From Actinomycetes bacterium (GTDB lineage Bacteria > Actinomycetota > Acidimicrobiia > Acidimicrobiales > Bog-793), in contig JAJZZB010000006.1 in assembly GCA_021797795.1 (NCBI GenBank), forward strand, positions 1 through 50,236: 50,236 bases of DNA, written 5' to 3'. The notes under the pieces were generated by a model. It was not told the origin of the DNA and searched no databases. It worked only from the letters and a program-made list of their open reading frames with translations. The translations under genes were made by a program, and so were the position numbers. This document shows positions 31,166 to 40,765 of this stretch, one piece after another. The stretch's first letter is position 1, and every line of letters begins with the position of its first letter.

Positions 31166-31765
31166 ATGGAGTTTCGAGAGGTCCTCCGCCACAGGCACAT
31201 GGTGCGGCACTTCACTGACGAGCCGCTCGATCCTGCGGCCGTCGACCGAATCGTGGCCGCAGGCCTGAGAGCGCCCTCGGCCGGCTACTCCCAGGGCTAC
31301 GCCCTCATCGTCCTCGAGTCGGCCGAGGAGCGAGAGCGTCTCTGGGCGACCCACACGCCGGGAACGGGAAGCTGGGCGCCCGATGTCAGCGATGCCGTCA
31401 TGCGGGCGCCGCTCCTCGTGGTGGTGCTGGCCTCGAAGGACGTCTACCTCGACCGCTACGCCGAGGAGGACAAGGGTTGGACCGACCGGGACGAGGCGCG
31501 CTGGCCGGTCCCCTACTGGTACGTCGACGCCGGCTGCGTGGCGATGCTGCTGCTGCTTGCGGCGGTCGACGAGGGTCTCGGCGCGCTGCTGTTCGGGACC
31601 GCTCCGGGCGACGTCGCTCGGCTGAGGGACACCTTCTCCATCCCGGCCTCCCACGAGGTCGTCGGCTGCGTGGCGGTGGGCCACGAGGACCCGGCCGCAG
31701 CAGCCCGCGACCTCCGGGCCCGGCGCCGGCCGGTGGGCGAGCTGGTCCACCGGGGCGCCTGGTAG
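31166..31765 (+). CDS. Nitroreductase family protein
   Basis: MEFREVLRHRHMVRHF, RAPSAGYSQG, PYWYVDAG, AVDEGLGA. Confidence 0.92.
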   Translation: MEFREVLRHRHMVRHFTDEPLDPAAVDRIVAAGLRAPSAGYSQGYALIVLESAEERERLWATHTPGTGSWAPDVSDAVMRAPLLVVVLASKDVYLDRYAEEDKGWTDRDEARWPVPYWYVDAGCVAMLLLLAAVDEGLGALLFGTAPGDVARLRDTFSIPASHEVVGCVAVGHEDPAAAARDLRARRRPVGELVHRGAW

Positions 31766-31778
31766 CCGCCCGGCCGGC

Positions 31779-32810
31779 TCAGGAGGCGCTCGGGCGGAGC
31801 GAGCTCTGGCCCCGGGACCAGGCGCCGGTCGCATGGCGGGACCAGAGCCCCTCGACCAGGCAGAGGGCCCTCGCGCCGAACACGACGTCGTCGGCGAGCC
31901 CGGGCTCGAGCTGGATGAGGCCTGCGGCCAGCGCACCGGCGGCAAGACCCTGGTGCTCCTCGTCGGCATCGACGTGGACGTCGAAGAAGCGGGCGGCACG
32001 CTCGGAGAAGCCGAGACGGCGGGCGGCGGCGGCGTACCTCCCGTTCGGGCCGACCGAGGTCATCTCGAAGGCGGCGAGGTGGCCGACGAGGGCGCCCCGC
32101 CAGCGTCGGTGCAGGCCGAACAGGGAGATCAGGTTCACGCCGCTCAAGGTGACGCCCGGGATGCGGTCGAGGTACCACCCGTAGTTGGTCGCGAGCCCGA
32201 GCTCGCTCAGGGTGTCGGCGAACAGGTTGGCGTGCATCTCGGCGGCATCGCCGTCGCCGTACTCCTCGTACTGGATCTTCACCATCGCCGCCTTCGGCAC
32301 GCCCGAGAGCCGGGGGATGGCGAAGGTGTGCGGATCGGCTTCCTTCAGCTGGTAGGCCGACCGGTGGATGGCGAACTCGCGGAAGTCGGTCGCTCGACCC
32401 TCCTCGAGGAGGTACCGGGAGACCGACGGGGCGGGATCGGCCGCCAGCACGGCGGCGATGGCCTCCCCGACGGCGCTCGGGTCGACCGGCGCCGGGGGCA
32501 GCTCTCCCCGCAGCCGCCGGACGAAGCGGCGCTCGAGCTCGCGACGGGCGGCGAGGAACGAGGGCTCCCACTCCCAGCGGTCGTCGACGCCCTCGAGGCC
32601 TTTGTACGACAGCTCGTAGCAGAGGTAGAGGGCGAGCGCCTCGTCGTCGTCGGCCAGCGGATCGGCCGACCGCGGCGCCGGCAGGCGGACCGTTTCCGGC
32701 GCCGAGACGAGGGCGAGGAGGAGCGCCTCGGTGAGCGGACCGCGCGCCGGGGGAAGAGGGGCCGGACCGAAACCGTGTACGGCCTGGTCACGGCCCGAGG
32801 TCGTCGTCAC
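31779..32810 (-). CDS. Iron-containing redox enzyme family (heme-oxygenase-like diiron) protein
   Basis: PARGPL, ALYLCYEL.Y, YQLKEADPH, IQYEEYG.G....H, GHLAAFEMTS, FFDVHVDADEEH. Confidence 0.9.
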   Translation of the reverse strand: MTTTSGRDQAVHGFGPAPLPPARGPLTEALLLALVSAPETVRLPAPRSADPLADDDEALALYLCYELSYKGLEGVDDRWEWEPSFLAARRELERRFVRRLRGELPPAPVDPSAVGEAIAAVLAADPAPSVSRYLLEEGRATDFREFAIHRSAYQLKEADPHTFAIPRLSGVPKAAMVKIQYEEYGDGDAAEMHANLFADTLSELGLATNYGWYLDRIPGVTLSGVNLISLFGLHRRWRGALVGHLAAFEMTSVGPNGRYAAAARRLGFSERAARFFDVHVDADEEHQGLAAGALAAGLIQLEPGLADDVVFGARALCLVEGLWSRHATGAWSRGQSSLRPSAS

Positions 32811-32819
32811 GCACACGAG

Positions 32820-32847
32820 GTACCCGTGCGCACACGACCGTGAAACT
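32820..32847 (-). promoter_or_regulatory. SigB/SigF-type promoter
   Basis: Minus strand AGTTT-N17-GGGTAC ending 9 nt before GTG 32810. Confidence 0.7.
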
Positions 32848-32868
32848 GCAGCGCGGCGCTCGGCGCGC

Positions 32869-33345
32869 TCAGACGGGCTCCTCGCACCAGCTGGCGAGCC
32901 GTCGCTGGAAATCCTCGACGCGGCGGGCGCCCCGCCGCGACTGCACCGTGCGGGCACAGGCGTCCAGAGGGAGCGAGCCGCCGCCCTCCAGCTCGAGCAC
33001 CACCGTCCGGCTCGGGGCCTTGGCCACGCTGCTCTCGCCGAGACGCACCGAGCGGATCGCCGATCGGGCGATCCTCCTCGTGCGGTAGAGGTTCCTCACT
33101 TCGAGCACCCCGTCGCCCGCGACGACCGAGAGACCCGTCAGTCGGTAGAAGTAGGCGACCCAGACGAGAAGGGAGGCGCCTGCGAGCCCCGCCCACGGCG
33201 ATCCTCGTCCCGCCAACGCCACGACGGCGAGGACGGCGAGGAAGCCGCCGGCGGCTGCGACACAGGCCTGCAGGAGGCGCCCGCCCAGTGCGGAGCGGAT
33301 CTCGATCTCGTGGGAGAGATCGCCGGCGGGTTCGCTCGTCGGCAC
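32869..33345 (-). CDS. PH domain-containing membrane protein
   Basis: Two TM helices followed by GVLEVRNLYRTRRI; TAGGCT 6 nt before GTG. Confidence 0.75.
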   Translation of the reverse strand: MPTSEPAGDLSHEIEIRSALGGRLLQACVAAAGGFLAVLAVVALAGRGSPWAGLAGASLLVWVAYFYRLTGLSVVAGDGVLEVRNLYRTRRIARSAIRSVRLGESSVAKAPSRTVVLELEGGGSLPLDACARTVQSRRGARRVEDFQRRLASWCEEPV

Positions 33346-33388
33346 CGCCTGAGCCTACTGGCAGCGTGCGGCAGCGCCCGGGCGCCGC

Positions 33389-34210
33389 TCAACGGACCGG
33401 CGCCCGGGCGAGCCGTTCGCCCTGCAGCCCGAAGAGCAGGATCCCCACCGAGACGGAGAGGTTGAGCGAGCTCGCGCTCCCCACCATCGGGATCCGGACC
33501 TGTTCGTCTCCGCGCTCGAGGAGCTCGGTGCCGAGGCCCTCCCCCTCGCTGCCGAAGACGAGGGCCACCGGGCGGGGCGGGCTCACCTGGTCGTAGGGGG
33601 TGGCGGCGTGCGCCGAGGTCGTCAGGGTCCGGACGCGGCGACGGCCCGCCCAGTCGAACACCTCATCGGCCGACTCGGCACGGGCCAGGCACACCGAGAA
33701 GATCGAGCCCATGCTCGCCTTGACCGCAGTCGTCGAGAAGGGGTCTGCCGTCCGACCGGACAGCACGACGGCGGCCGCGCCCCCGGCATCGGCGGTCCGG
33801 ACGATCGAGCCCAGGTTGCCTGGGTTCCCGACCTCGTGCAGCACGACGACGACGTCGTCGCTCCCGGGCACGAGGTCCTCGAGCGCTGCCAGGTGGGCAT
33901 CGCAGACGGCCGCCACGCCGGGTGGCCCGTCGCGCCCGGAGAGACGTGCGAACAGCTCCCCCGACAGGTACACCGAGGCGACCCCGGCCGCCTCCGCCTG
34001 GTCGACCAGCCGCTCGGCGGGGGTTCCCTGAACGAGCTCGGGGGCGACCACGAGGAGCTCCAGCGGAGCCTTGGCCTCCACCGCCCGCCACACGGGTTGG
34101 ACGCCCTCGAAGAAGAACGAGCTGCCCTTTCGCCGGCTGCTCGTGGCGAGGAGCCGCACCCTCTTGAAGAGCGGGTTGGCCGCGCTCGTGATGACCGGCT
34201 GCTCCCTCAC
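33389..34210 (-). CDS. TrmH/SpoU family RNA 2'-O-methyltransferase
   Basis: ITSAANP, NPGNLGSIVRTADA, KASMGS, LVFGSEGEGL, IPMVGSASSLNLSV; GTG 34210 with GGAGGT SD. Confidence 0.93.
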   Translation of the reverse strand: MREQPVITSAANPLFKRVRLLATSSRRKGSSFFFEGVQPVWRAVEAKAPLELLVVAPELVQGTPAERLVDQAEAAGVASVYLSGELFARLSGRDGPPGVAAVCDAHLAALEDLVPGSDDVVVVLHEVGNPGNLGSIVRTADAGGAAAVVLSGRTADPFSTTAVKASMGSIFSVCLARAESADEVFDWAGRRRVRTLTTSAHAATPYDQVSPPRPVALVFGSEGEGLGTELLERGDEQVRIPMVGSASSLNLSVSVGILLFGLQGERLARAPVR

Positions 34211-34282
34211 CTCGCCACCTCCGACCCGACGGGCGTCCGAGGCGCGAGACTCGTCCGAACCGACGAAGGCGAAGGAGAGCCG

Positions 34283-34828
34283 GTGGCAGTGATACGGCCG
34301 GCAACACCGGCGGACGCCGACATGATCGCCACGGTACACATCGCAGCGTGGCGGGCGGCCTACCGGGGCCTCATGCCCGACTCCTACCTCGCCGGCCTGA
34401 GCGTCGACACCGTCTCGGCACGGTGGCGACAGCGGCTCGAGGGCGGTGGCGGAGAGGGGCGCTTCGAAGAGGGCGGCGCCTCGGCCGCACTCCTCCTCGG
34501 TGAGGACGCGACCGGCCGCGTGGTCGGGATCGGCGCGGCCGGGTCGGCCCGCGGCCTCGACGAACCCGCCATGGGCGAGATCTGGCTGCTGAACCTCGAG
34601 CCGGGCGCCTGGGGGACGGGCGTCGGGGCTGACCTCCTCGCCGCCGCCACCGGCCTGCTCGAAGCACAGGGCTACGGGGCCGCCGTGCTCTGGGTGCTCG
34701 AGGCCAACGCGAGAGCGAGGCGGTTCTACGAGAAGTGGGGCTGGGAACCAGACGGCGTCACCCGCGTCGATCAGTCCTTCGGCTTCCCGCTCGCCGAGCT
34801 CCGCTACCGCCGGTCGCTCGCGCCGTGA
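34283..34828 (+). CDS. GNAT family N-acetyltransferase
   Basis: IRPATPADA, AWRAAYRGLMP, WGTGVG, LWVLEANARARRFYEKWGW; AAGGAG SD. Confidence 0.92.
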   Translation: MAVIRPATPADADMIATVHIAAWRAAYRGLMPDSYLAGLSVDTVSARWRQRLEGGGGEGRFEEGGASAALLLGEDATGRVVGIGAAGSARGLDEPAMGEIWLLNLEPGAWGTGVGADLLAAATGLLEAQGYGAAVLWVLEANARARRFYEKWGWEPDGVTRVDQSFGFPLAELRYRRSLAP

Positions 34829-35748
34829 GCCTTCGCCACGCCTGACGCCCGCGGTCGAGAGGCCGCCCGGCGGACGCCACCGGGTCGAGGGTCTCGGCGG
34901 CGCGCCCACCATGCCGGCGCCGGCACGGTGCGTACCGGCGGTGGACCAGAGCCGGCGAGGATCCCGCTCGGCGGCGTCGTGGCCGACCGGCTCGCCGTCC
35001 CCGTGTGCCGTACGGCGCCGACGATGCCGTCTCCACCGCCGAAAAGAGGCCAACCGCCGCCGGGTCGCGGGGCGCCCCGGTGTCGCCTACCGGCGCGCTC
35101 CCTCACGGCTCTGGCGGGAGTGCGTTCGAAGCCAGGGTGGGCGCCCGGGAGCCTGCCGCCCTCGAGGGACCGGGCGACGTCCTCGGGGGTCTCGGCGAGC
35201 CGCGGCCGGGGCGCAGGGCGCCGGATGTCGTGCGCCGGTAGGGAGTCCGACCCGGATGCCCCTGCCGCTCCTACCCGGGCCGAAGGAGCGTGCCAGGAGC
35301 CGGGAGACCAGCGATCAATGCGCTCCCTAGGAACCGCCCCCATACCCCCCTCCGTCTCGTCCGCCATTGCGGCGCCGTCCAGGAGCCATGTCCTCCTGCA
35401 CTCCCCTCGAGTTGCCGCCCAGCCGAGAGCCCCATGGCGAACCGAGGCGCCGCGTGCCCCGGGCGTCCTCTCAGCCCGATCGCTCCGCCGGCCCAACCTT
35501 GCAGGTGGGCCGAGGGCAGCGACGCCGACTGCGCGCGCTTCGTGACAGCTCGAACGCTGTCAGCAGTCGCATGATCGCAGACCTGTAACGCAAGAGGCCT
35601 TGTGACTGCTGGGCTGCAGACATATAGTGTCCTTCTCCTAAGCGAGCTCCAGGTCGATATCCGGGACGGGCGGTCTCGGATCGATGGATGTCGGTGCAAG
35701 CGTCGATACGCCAGGGAAGGGGAACGTCCCTCGGCGCGGTGGGGGGGG

Positions 35749-37011
35749 ATGGCCATGCACCTGTCCGAAGCCGAGACGCTCTCGACCTCTCCGAGCGAGA
35801 CTCGACATCTGAGAATCCTCGCCGGGCTCGACCGTGACCTCTCAGCCGCGGTGATGCAGGCAGCAGACCGCTACGAGCTGGCTCAGATCCTGCAGCGGCG
35901 GACCGGGCGGCAGGTGCTGCTCGACGAGCGCGACGACCAGGCGCGCGCAGCCGTCGAGGACGATCGGATCCTGACCGGCAGCGTGAGCGACCGCAGAGCC
36001 CTGTGGGCCCTCGGCGACTCTGCGCCGGTGGCGGCTCGCTTCAAGCTCGGTGAGCGCTGGGCGGCGACCGTCCGCGCCGACTGCCAGCCGACCGTCGCCG
36101 TGTTGAGCCTCGAGGCGGACCTGAGCGAGGAGTGGCTGCTCGTCGCGCTCGAGATGACGGCCATCGCCGCCACGACGGTGCTCGCCATGCAGCAACGCAT
36201 CGCCGAGGCCGAGGTGACGGCGTGGGAGGATCTCGCCGCCGATCTGCTGAGCGCTCCTTGCTCGGAGCGCGTCGAGGCGCTCGCCCGCCGGCTGCACTAC
36301 GACCTCTCGGTGCCCTTGCGCGTGGCCCTCGTCCGGCCGGAGGAGCCGAGCCGAGCGCTCGCCTCCTCCACCGAGCAGGCGGCCCGACGCCTCAAGCTCC
36401 GCGACCTCCTCATGACCGAACGCGCCGGCACCATGGTGGTCGTCGTCGATCAGGACGTCGACTGGGAGCAGTTCGCCTTCCTCGTCTCAGAGGGGCTCGG
36501 CTGCGGCGTGTCGGTCGGCGTCGGCAACGCCGTCGACTACCGGTACCTCCCGAGCTCGCTGCACGGCGCCCAGACGTCACTGTCGCTCTCCTCGGTGCTC
36601 GGGCGGGAGCCGGGCGTCACGCGCTACGACGACCTCGGCATCTGGCGGCTGTTCGGCAGCGACGACCTCCCGGCGATGCAGCAGGAGATCGACCGGCGGA
36701 TCGGCCCGCTCATCCGCTACGACCGCCAGCACGGCAGCGAGCTGTTGAGGACGCTGTCCACCTACCTCGCCTGCTCGTGCGCCCACGACGCTGCCGCCCA
36801 CGCCCTCGTCATCCACCGCAACACACTGAAGTACCGCCTGAAGCGGATCGAGGCGCTCGTCGGCTGTGCGCTGGCGGACGCCGAGGACAGGTTCCATCTG
36901 GACTTCGCCTGCAGGGCGTGGACGACCGTCCAGGCGCTCTCGAGCGAGAGCGGGTGCGACGAGTCCCGCCTCATCCGGGCGGCGGCGGAGCTCGGTCGCG
37001 ACTCCGGCTGA
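35749..37011 (+). CDS. PucR/CdaR family transcriptional regulator
   Basis: VSVGVG, YDDLGIWRL, LIRYD....SELLRTL..YL, AAHALVIHRNTLKYRLKRI HTH. Confidence 0.92.
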   Translation: MAMHLSEAETLSTSPSETRHLRILAGLDRDLSAAVMQAADRYELAQILQRRTGRQVLLDERDDQARAAVEDDRILTGSVSDRRALWALGDSAPVAARFKLGERWAATVRADCQPTVAVLSLEADLSEEWLLVALEMTAIAATTVLAMQQRIAEAEVTAWEDLAADLLSAPCSERVEALARRLHYDLSVPLRVALVRPEEPSRALASSTEQAARRLKLRDLLMTERAGTMVVVVDQDVDWEQFAFLVSEGLGCGVSVGVGNAVDYRYLPSSLHGAQTSLSLSSVLGREPGVTRYDDLGIWRLFGSDDLPAMQQEIDRRIGPLIRYDRQHGSELLRTLSTYLACSCAHDAAAHALVIHRNTLKYRLKRIEALVGCALADAEDRFHLDFACRAWTTVQALSSESGCDESRLIRAAAELGRDSG

Positions 37012-37114
37012 GCGCGACCGCAGCCACCTCCGCCTCCGGCCACGGCACGGCCTCCGCGCGCCTCGGCGTCTCCCGGGCCCCGGCCGAACTCGGTCCTTCC
37101 TCTCGCCGCGGCAG

Positions 37115-37141
37115 GGTTTTTGGCGGCCCACTGCCGGGTAG
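37115..37141 (+). promoter_or_regulatory. SigB/SigF-type promoter of SRPBCC-gvp operon
   Basis: GGTTT-N16-GGGTAG, ~125 nt upstream of ATG 37265. Confidence 0.7.
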
Positions 37142-37264
37142 CTCCTCGCATCGCCGCGATACGGCGTGCGCACGAGCGCCGTCGAGATCCTGACCACCCC
37201 GAGACCAGGCCGTCGCCTGAGCATGAGAGAGGAACGGCCCAGGCGGCGGAGGAGGCAGACTCCC

Positions 37265-37912
37265 ATGGTTCGTCAAGCCGACAGCGCGCAGGGCTCCTCG
37301 CTCTTTGAGAGCGGGGAGGAGGAACAGGCCAGCACGAAGCCGGCCCAAGGTGGTGCGCCCGTCAAGAGCTCGCACATCATCGAGGAGCACATCGACGTCG
37401 GGATCCCCCGGCAGACGGCCTATGACCAGTGGACCCAGTACCGGGAGCTCCCGAAGTACTCCAGGCACGAGTCGGCCGAGGCGAAGCGCGAGGGCCGGGT
37501 GTCCTTGACCTCGAAGGTCGGTCCGGCCAGGCGGCGCTGGGATGCCGACATCGTCGAGCAGGTGCCGCCCAAGCGCATCGCATGGAGAAGCGTCGGCGGC
37601 GCCCGCAACATGGGCGTCGTCACCTTCCACGAGATCGACGGCCGGCTGACGCGGGTGATGGTGCAGATGGAGTACCACCCGCGGGGCGCACTCGAGACGG
37701 TCGGCAACTTCTTCCGCATGCAACGCCGGCGGGTCCGCAAGGACCTGAAGCTCTTCAAGCACTTCATCGAGCTGCGGGGCGAGCCCACAGGTGAGGGGGC
37801 GGGTCCGGTCGAGGGCGAAGGGCGCGCCCGGGAGGCCGATGGGCGGCTCGGCGGGCGAACCGCCGACGACAGACCCGGGCGGCGACAGTCTGCACGACGA
37901 GAGGCGAGCTAG
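37265..37912 (+). CDS. SRPBCC (polyketide cyclase-like) protein, GvpZ-like
   Basis: IEEHIDVGIPRQTAYDQWTQY, EQVPPKRIAWRS, GVVTFH, RRVRKDLKLFKHFIE; GGAGG SD. Confidence 0.9.
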   Translation: MVRQADSAQGSSLFESGEEEQASTKPAQGGAPVKSSHIIEEHIDVGIPRQTAYDQWTQYRELPKYSRHESAEAKREGRVSLTSKVGPARRRWDADIVEQVPPKRIAWRSVGGARNMGVVTFHEIDGRLTRVMVQMEYHPRGALETVGNFFRMQRRRVRKDLKLFKHFIELRGEPTGEGAGPVEGEGRAREADGRLGGRTADDRPGRRQSARREAS

Positions 37913-37920
37913 GAGCGAGC

Positions 37921-38970
37921 ATGGCGAGGAGACAGAGAGTTCTCGGCCTTCCCATCGGGAAGAAGAAGCCCCGGATCCCGACCAAGGCATGGGTGGCAGG
38001 AGCGAGCCTGGCGGCCGTTCCGGCAGCCGTCGGTGCTCGCCGGGTCGGCGACCTGGTCTCGACCGGGCGACGGGGCATCGAGAAGGCTTCGGACCTGGCG
38101 GGAACGGCGAGCCACGTGGCCGAGGCGATGTCGAGCCACGGCTCCACTCTCGGCAAGGTGGGCGCGGCTGTCAGCGAGATGCGCGAGCTGGGTGGCCATG
38201 GCGGATCGACCGCCCCGAAGCTCTCACACGTCATCGAGGAGCACATCGAAGTCGCCGTCGCGCGCTCGGTCGCCTACAACCAGTGGACGCAGTTCGAGAC
38301 GTTCCCCTCCATCACCAAGGGGACAGAGCAGGTCGAGCAGCAGGGCCGCGACAAGGTGACGTGGACGAGCAGGATCGGGCCGTCGCGCCGGAGCTGGCAG
38401 GGCGAGATCACCGAGCAGGTACCCGATGAGCGCATCGCCTGGAGGGGTGCGGGCGGCCTCCAGCTGAAGGGAGTCGTCACATTCCACTCCCTCGACGACG
38501 ATCTCACCCGGGTGCTCGTCCAGATGGAGTACGACCCCTGCGGTGCCGTCGAGACCGTGGGGAACCTGTTGCGGGTCCAGCGCCGGCGCGTACGACGGGA
38601 CCTGCGGCTGTTCAAGCACTTCCTCGAGCTGCGGGGGGACGCCACCGGCGCATGGCGCAACCGCATCGCCAAGAAAGACGGCGGCGGAGGCGCCCGAGAC
38701 AGCGGGGAGTCCGGATCCTCGAGCCGCAGCACGGGTGAACGAGCGGGTCGCGCGACCTCGGCAGCCAAGCGGGCGGCTCGGTCAGCCACCAAGTCCCCGA
38801 GCTCTCCGAAGGCGAGCTCGAGCCGGTCCCAGAGCTCGAAGGATCGCTCGAGCGGGGCGGCCAAGAGCGGCGGAAGCCGGCAGCCGAGCAGGCGGGGGAG
38901 CGGCACCGGCCGCTCCCGCTCGGACGGGGCGGCCAAGCAGAGCCGTGCCCAACCGAGGCGGCCCGCATGA
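37921..38970 (+). CDS. SRPBCC protein, GvpZ-like, with Ser/Arg/Lys-rich tail
   Basis: [58 protein letters not shown]. Confidence 0.9.
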   Translation: MARRQRVLGLPIGKKKPRIPTKAWVAGASLAAVPAAVGARRVGDLVSTGRRGIEKASDLAGTASHVAEAMSSHGSTLGKVGAAVSEMRELGGHGGSTAPKLSHVIEEHIEVAVARSVAYNQWTQFETFPSITKGTEQVEQQGRDKVTWTSRIGPSRRSWQGEITEQVPDERIAWRGAGGLQLKGVVTFHSLDDDLTRVLVQMEYDPCGAVETVGNLLRVQRRRVRRDLRLFKHFLELRGDATGAWRNRIAKKDGGGGARDSGESGSSSRSTGERAGRATSAAKRAARSATKSPSSPKASSSRSQSSKDRSSGAAKSGGSRQPSRRGSGTGRSRSDGAAKQSRAQPRRPA

Positions 38971-39476
38971 GCCTCACCGAGGCGCGGTCCAGTTCGGTGA
39001 CGCGGGCTCCCCGACCGAGCAGCCTGGCGGACGTCCTCGACCTCATCCTCGACAAGGGGCTCGTCATCGACGCCTACGTCAGGGTGTCCCTCGCCGGCAT
39101 CGAGGTCCTCACCATCGATGCCCGGATCGTCGTGGCGAGCGTGGACACCTACCTCCGCTTCGCCGAGGCCGTGAATCGCCTGGACCTCACCACCACCGAG
39201 GCTCCGGGGTTGAAGGGCCTCTCTCACGACACCTCCCGACGGGGTGGTGAGGAGGAGTCGGACGGCAAGCAGGCCCCGTCGGGCCTCCGGCGGGGCGGCG
39301 ACAAGAGCGACGGCGACGGGCATCGCGTCGCTCCGACCGGTCGCGGTGGCTCGGAACCCGAGCGGGCGGGCGGGCCCTCTACTCGCCGTGAGCACGCGGC
39401 GGGCGAGCAGGCGGGCGGCGAAGAGGGCGGAGGCATGCTCCACCGCCTGGCCGAGCGTGCGCGATTCGAGCAGTGA
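38967..39476 (+). CDS. gvpA: Gas vesicle structural protein GvpA (long C-terminal extension)
   Basis: [57 protein letters not shown]. Confidence 0.94.
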   Translation: MSLTEARSSSVTRAPRPSSLADVLDLILDKGLVIDAYVRVSLAGIEVLTIDARIVVASVDTYLRFAEAVNRLDLTTTEAPGLKGLSHDTSRRGGEEESDGKQAPSGLRRGGDKSDGDGHRVAPTGRGGSEPERAGGPSTRREHAAGEQAGGEEGGGMLHRLAERARFEQ

Positions 39477-39516
39477 GCCAGCAGAGAACCGGGCTGCAGC
39501 CCAGAGGAGGTACACG

Positions 39517-39747
39517 ATGAGGATCGGTCAACGGCATCGCCTCGTGGACGAGCTGAACCCTCTCGACGAGGTGGCGGGCGCCGTGCTGACGCTCGGCGCC
39601 CTCAACTGGGGGCTCGTCGGCGCCGCAAACTTCGACGCCATCCGAGCCGCCTTCGGGCGGTCGGCGGCCACGCGCGCCGCCTACGGGCTCGTAGGAGCGA
39701 GCGCCGCCTACGCACTCGTGCGCGGACGTCAGCTGGCAAAGAAGTGA
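39517..39747 (+). CDS. DUF378 domain small membrane protein
   Basis: LGALNWGLVG..NFD....FG....R..YGLVG; GAGGAGG SD. Confidence 0.85.
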   Translation: MRIGQRHRLVDELNPLDEVAGAVLTLGALNWGLVGAANFDAIRAAFGRSAATRAAYGLVGASAAYALVRGRQLAKK

Positions 39748-39796
39748 GGCAAGCCGTCGCGTCCGGCGGTGGGGTCCGCCGAGGAAGGAGAGGGCC

Positions 39797-40396
39797 ATGT
39801 TGAAGCGATTCGGACTCGGGTTCGGGATCGGGTACGTCCTCGGGGCCCGCGCCGGCGAGAAGCGGTACGCGCAGCTTGGGTCCGCCGGCCAGCGACTCGC
39901 CCAAGCCCCAGTGGTGAAGGACCTCGTCGAGCGGGCGCCGAAAGTCGCCCGCGACACCTTCGACCACCTGATGGAGGCGGTGAAGGACCGCGCCAGCTTC
40001 ACGGGCACCGGTGAGGGACGGCCCTCTGACGAGGACGGCGGCCCGCGGTCGCCGGCCGAGGATCGAACGGCCGGAGAGGAAGACGACCAGGGATTCGCCA
40101 CGGACGAGCAGGAGCGCGACGACGGTCCCGGCGCCGACGAACCGGAAGAGGACGAGGGAGCCGATACAGGCGAGCGGGTCGCGCGGAGCGCGCCCACGGG
40201 CACGCGTCGCCGGAGCGACGCCCGGTCCGCGACGGGCCGGGACGGACGCCCGTCAGCAAAGAGCCAGTCAGACGGGCAGTCGGCCGAGGGCGGGACGGGC
40301 GGATCAAAGGAGCCGGAGCAGCGCCGGCACCGGTCGCTCGTCTCCTCGGTAGCAGAGCTCGCATCCGCAGCAGCCGAACGAGGGAGGGTGGCCTGA
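39797..40396 (+). CDS. YtxH-like protein with acidic disordered tail
   Basis: GLGFGIGYVLGARAGEKRYAQL N-terminal motif. Confidence 0.75.
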   Translation: MLKRFGLGFGIGYVLGARAGEKRYAQLGSAGQRLAQAPVVKDLVERAPKVARDTFDHLMEAVKDRASFTGTGEGRPSDEDGGPRSPAEDRTAGEEDDQGFATDEQERDDGPGADEPEEDEGADTGERVARSAPTGTRRRSDARSATGRDGRPSAKSQSDGQSAEGGTGGSKEPEQRRHRSLVSSVAELASAAAERGRVA

Positions 40397-40765
40397 GTGG
40401 CAACCACAACCAGCAGCGTCACGCGGGCGCCGCGCCCGAGCAGTCTGGCCGACGTCCTCGACCTGATCCTCGACAAGGGACTTGTGATCGACGCCTACGT
40501 GCGCGTCTCCGCCCTCGGGATCGAGGTCCTAACGATCGACGCCCGGATCGTGGTCGCCAGCGTGGACACCTACCTGCGCTTCGCCGAGGCGGTCAACCGG
40601 CTCGACCTCACCACCACCGAGACTCAGGGCATCAAGGGGCTCTCCCGCGACCTCTCCCGGGGCGGCGCCGAGGGGAAGACCGAAGGGGCGGTCGAGGGCA
40701 CGAAGGAGGCCGTCCACGACGACGGCGGGCGAGGCTCGAGGGAGCGCTCGGGGGCACGGTCGTGA
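40397..40765 (+). CDS. gvpA: Gas vesicle structural protein GvpA (second copy)
   Basis: [57 protein letters not shown]. Confidence 0.95.
   Translation: MATTTSSVTRAPRPSSLADVLDLILDKGLVIDAYVRVSALGIEVLTIDARIVVASVDTYLRFAEAVNRLDLTTTETQGIKGLSRDLSRGGAEGKTEGAVEGTKEAVHDDGGRGSRERSGARS

Noticed and set aside
33389-34210. Antibiotic-resistance rRNA methyltransferase (AviRb/TsnR-like)
   Set aside because: Only generic SpoU motifs are visible and there is no biosynthetic context
34804-35496. 230-aa minus-strand ORF as a real gene
   Set aside because: No recognisable motif, atypical codon pattern, and overlap with the GNAT end; kept only as an unexplained region
38990-40625. gvpA duplicate as assembly artefact or DNA repeat array
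   Set aside because: The copies differ at many synonymous sites and have distinct flanks
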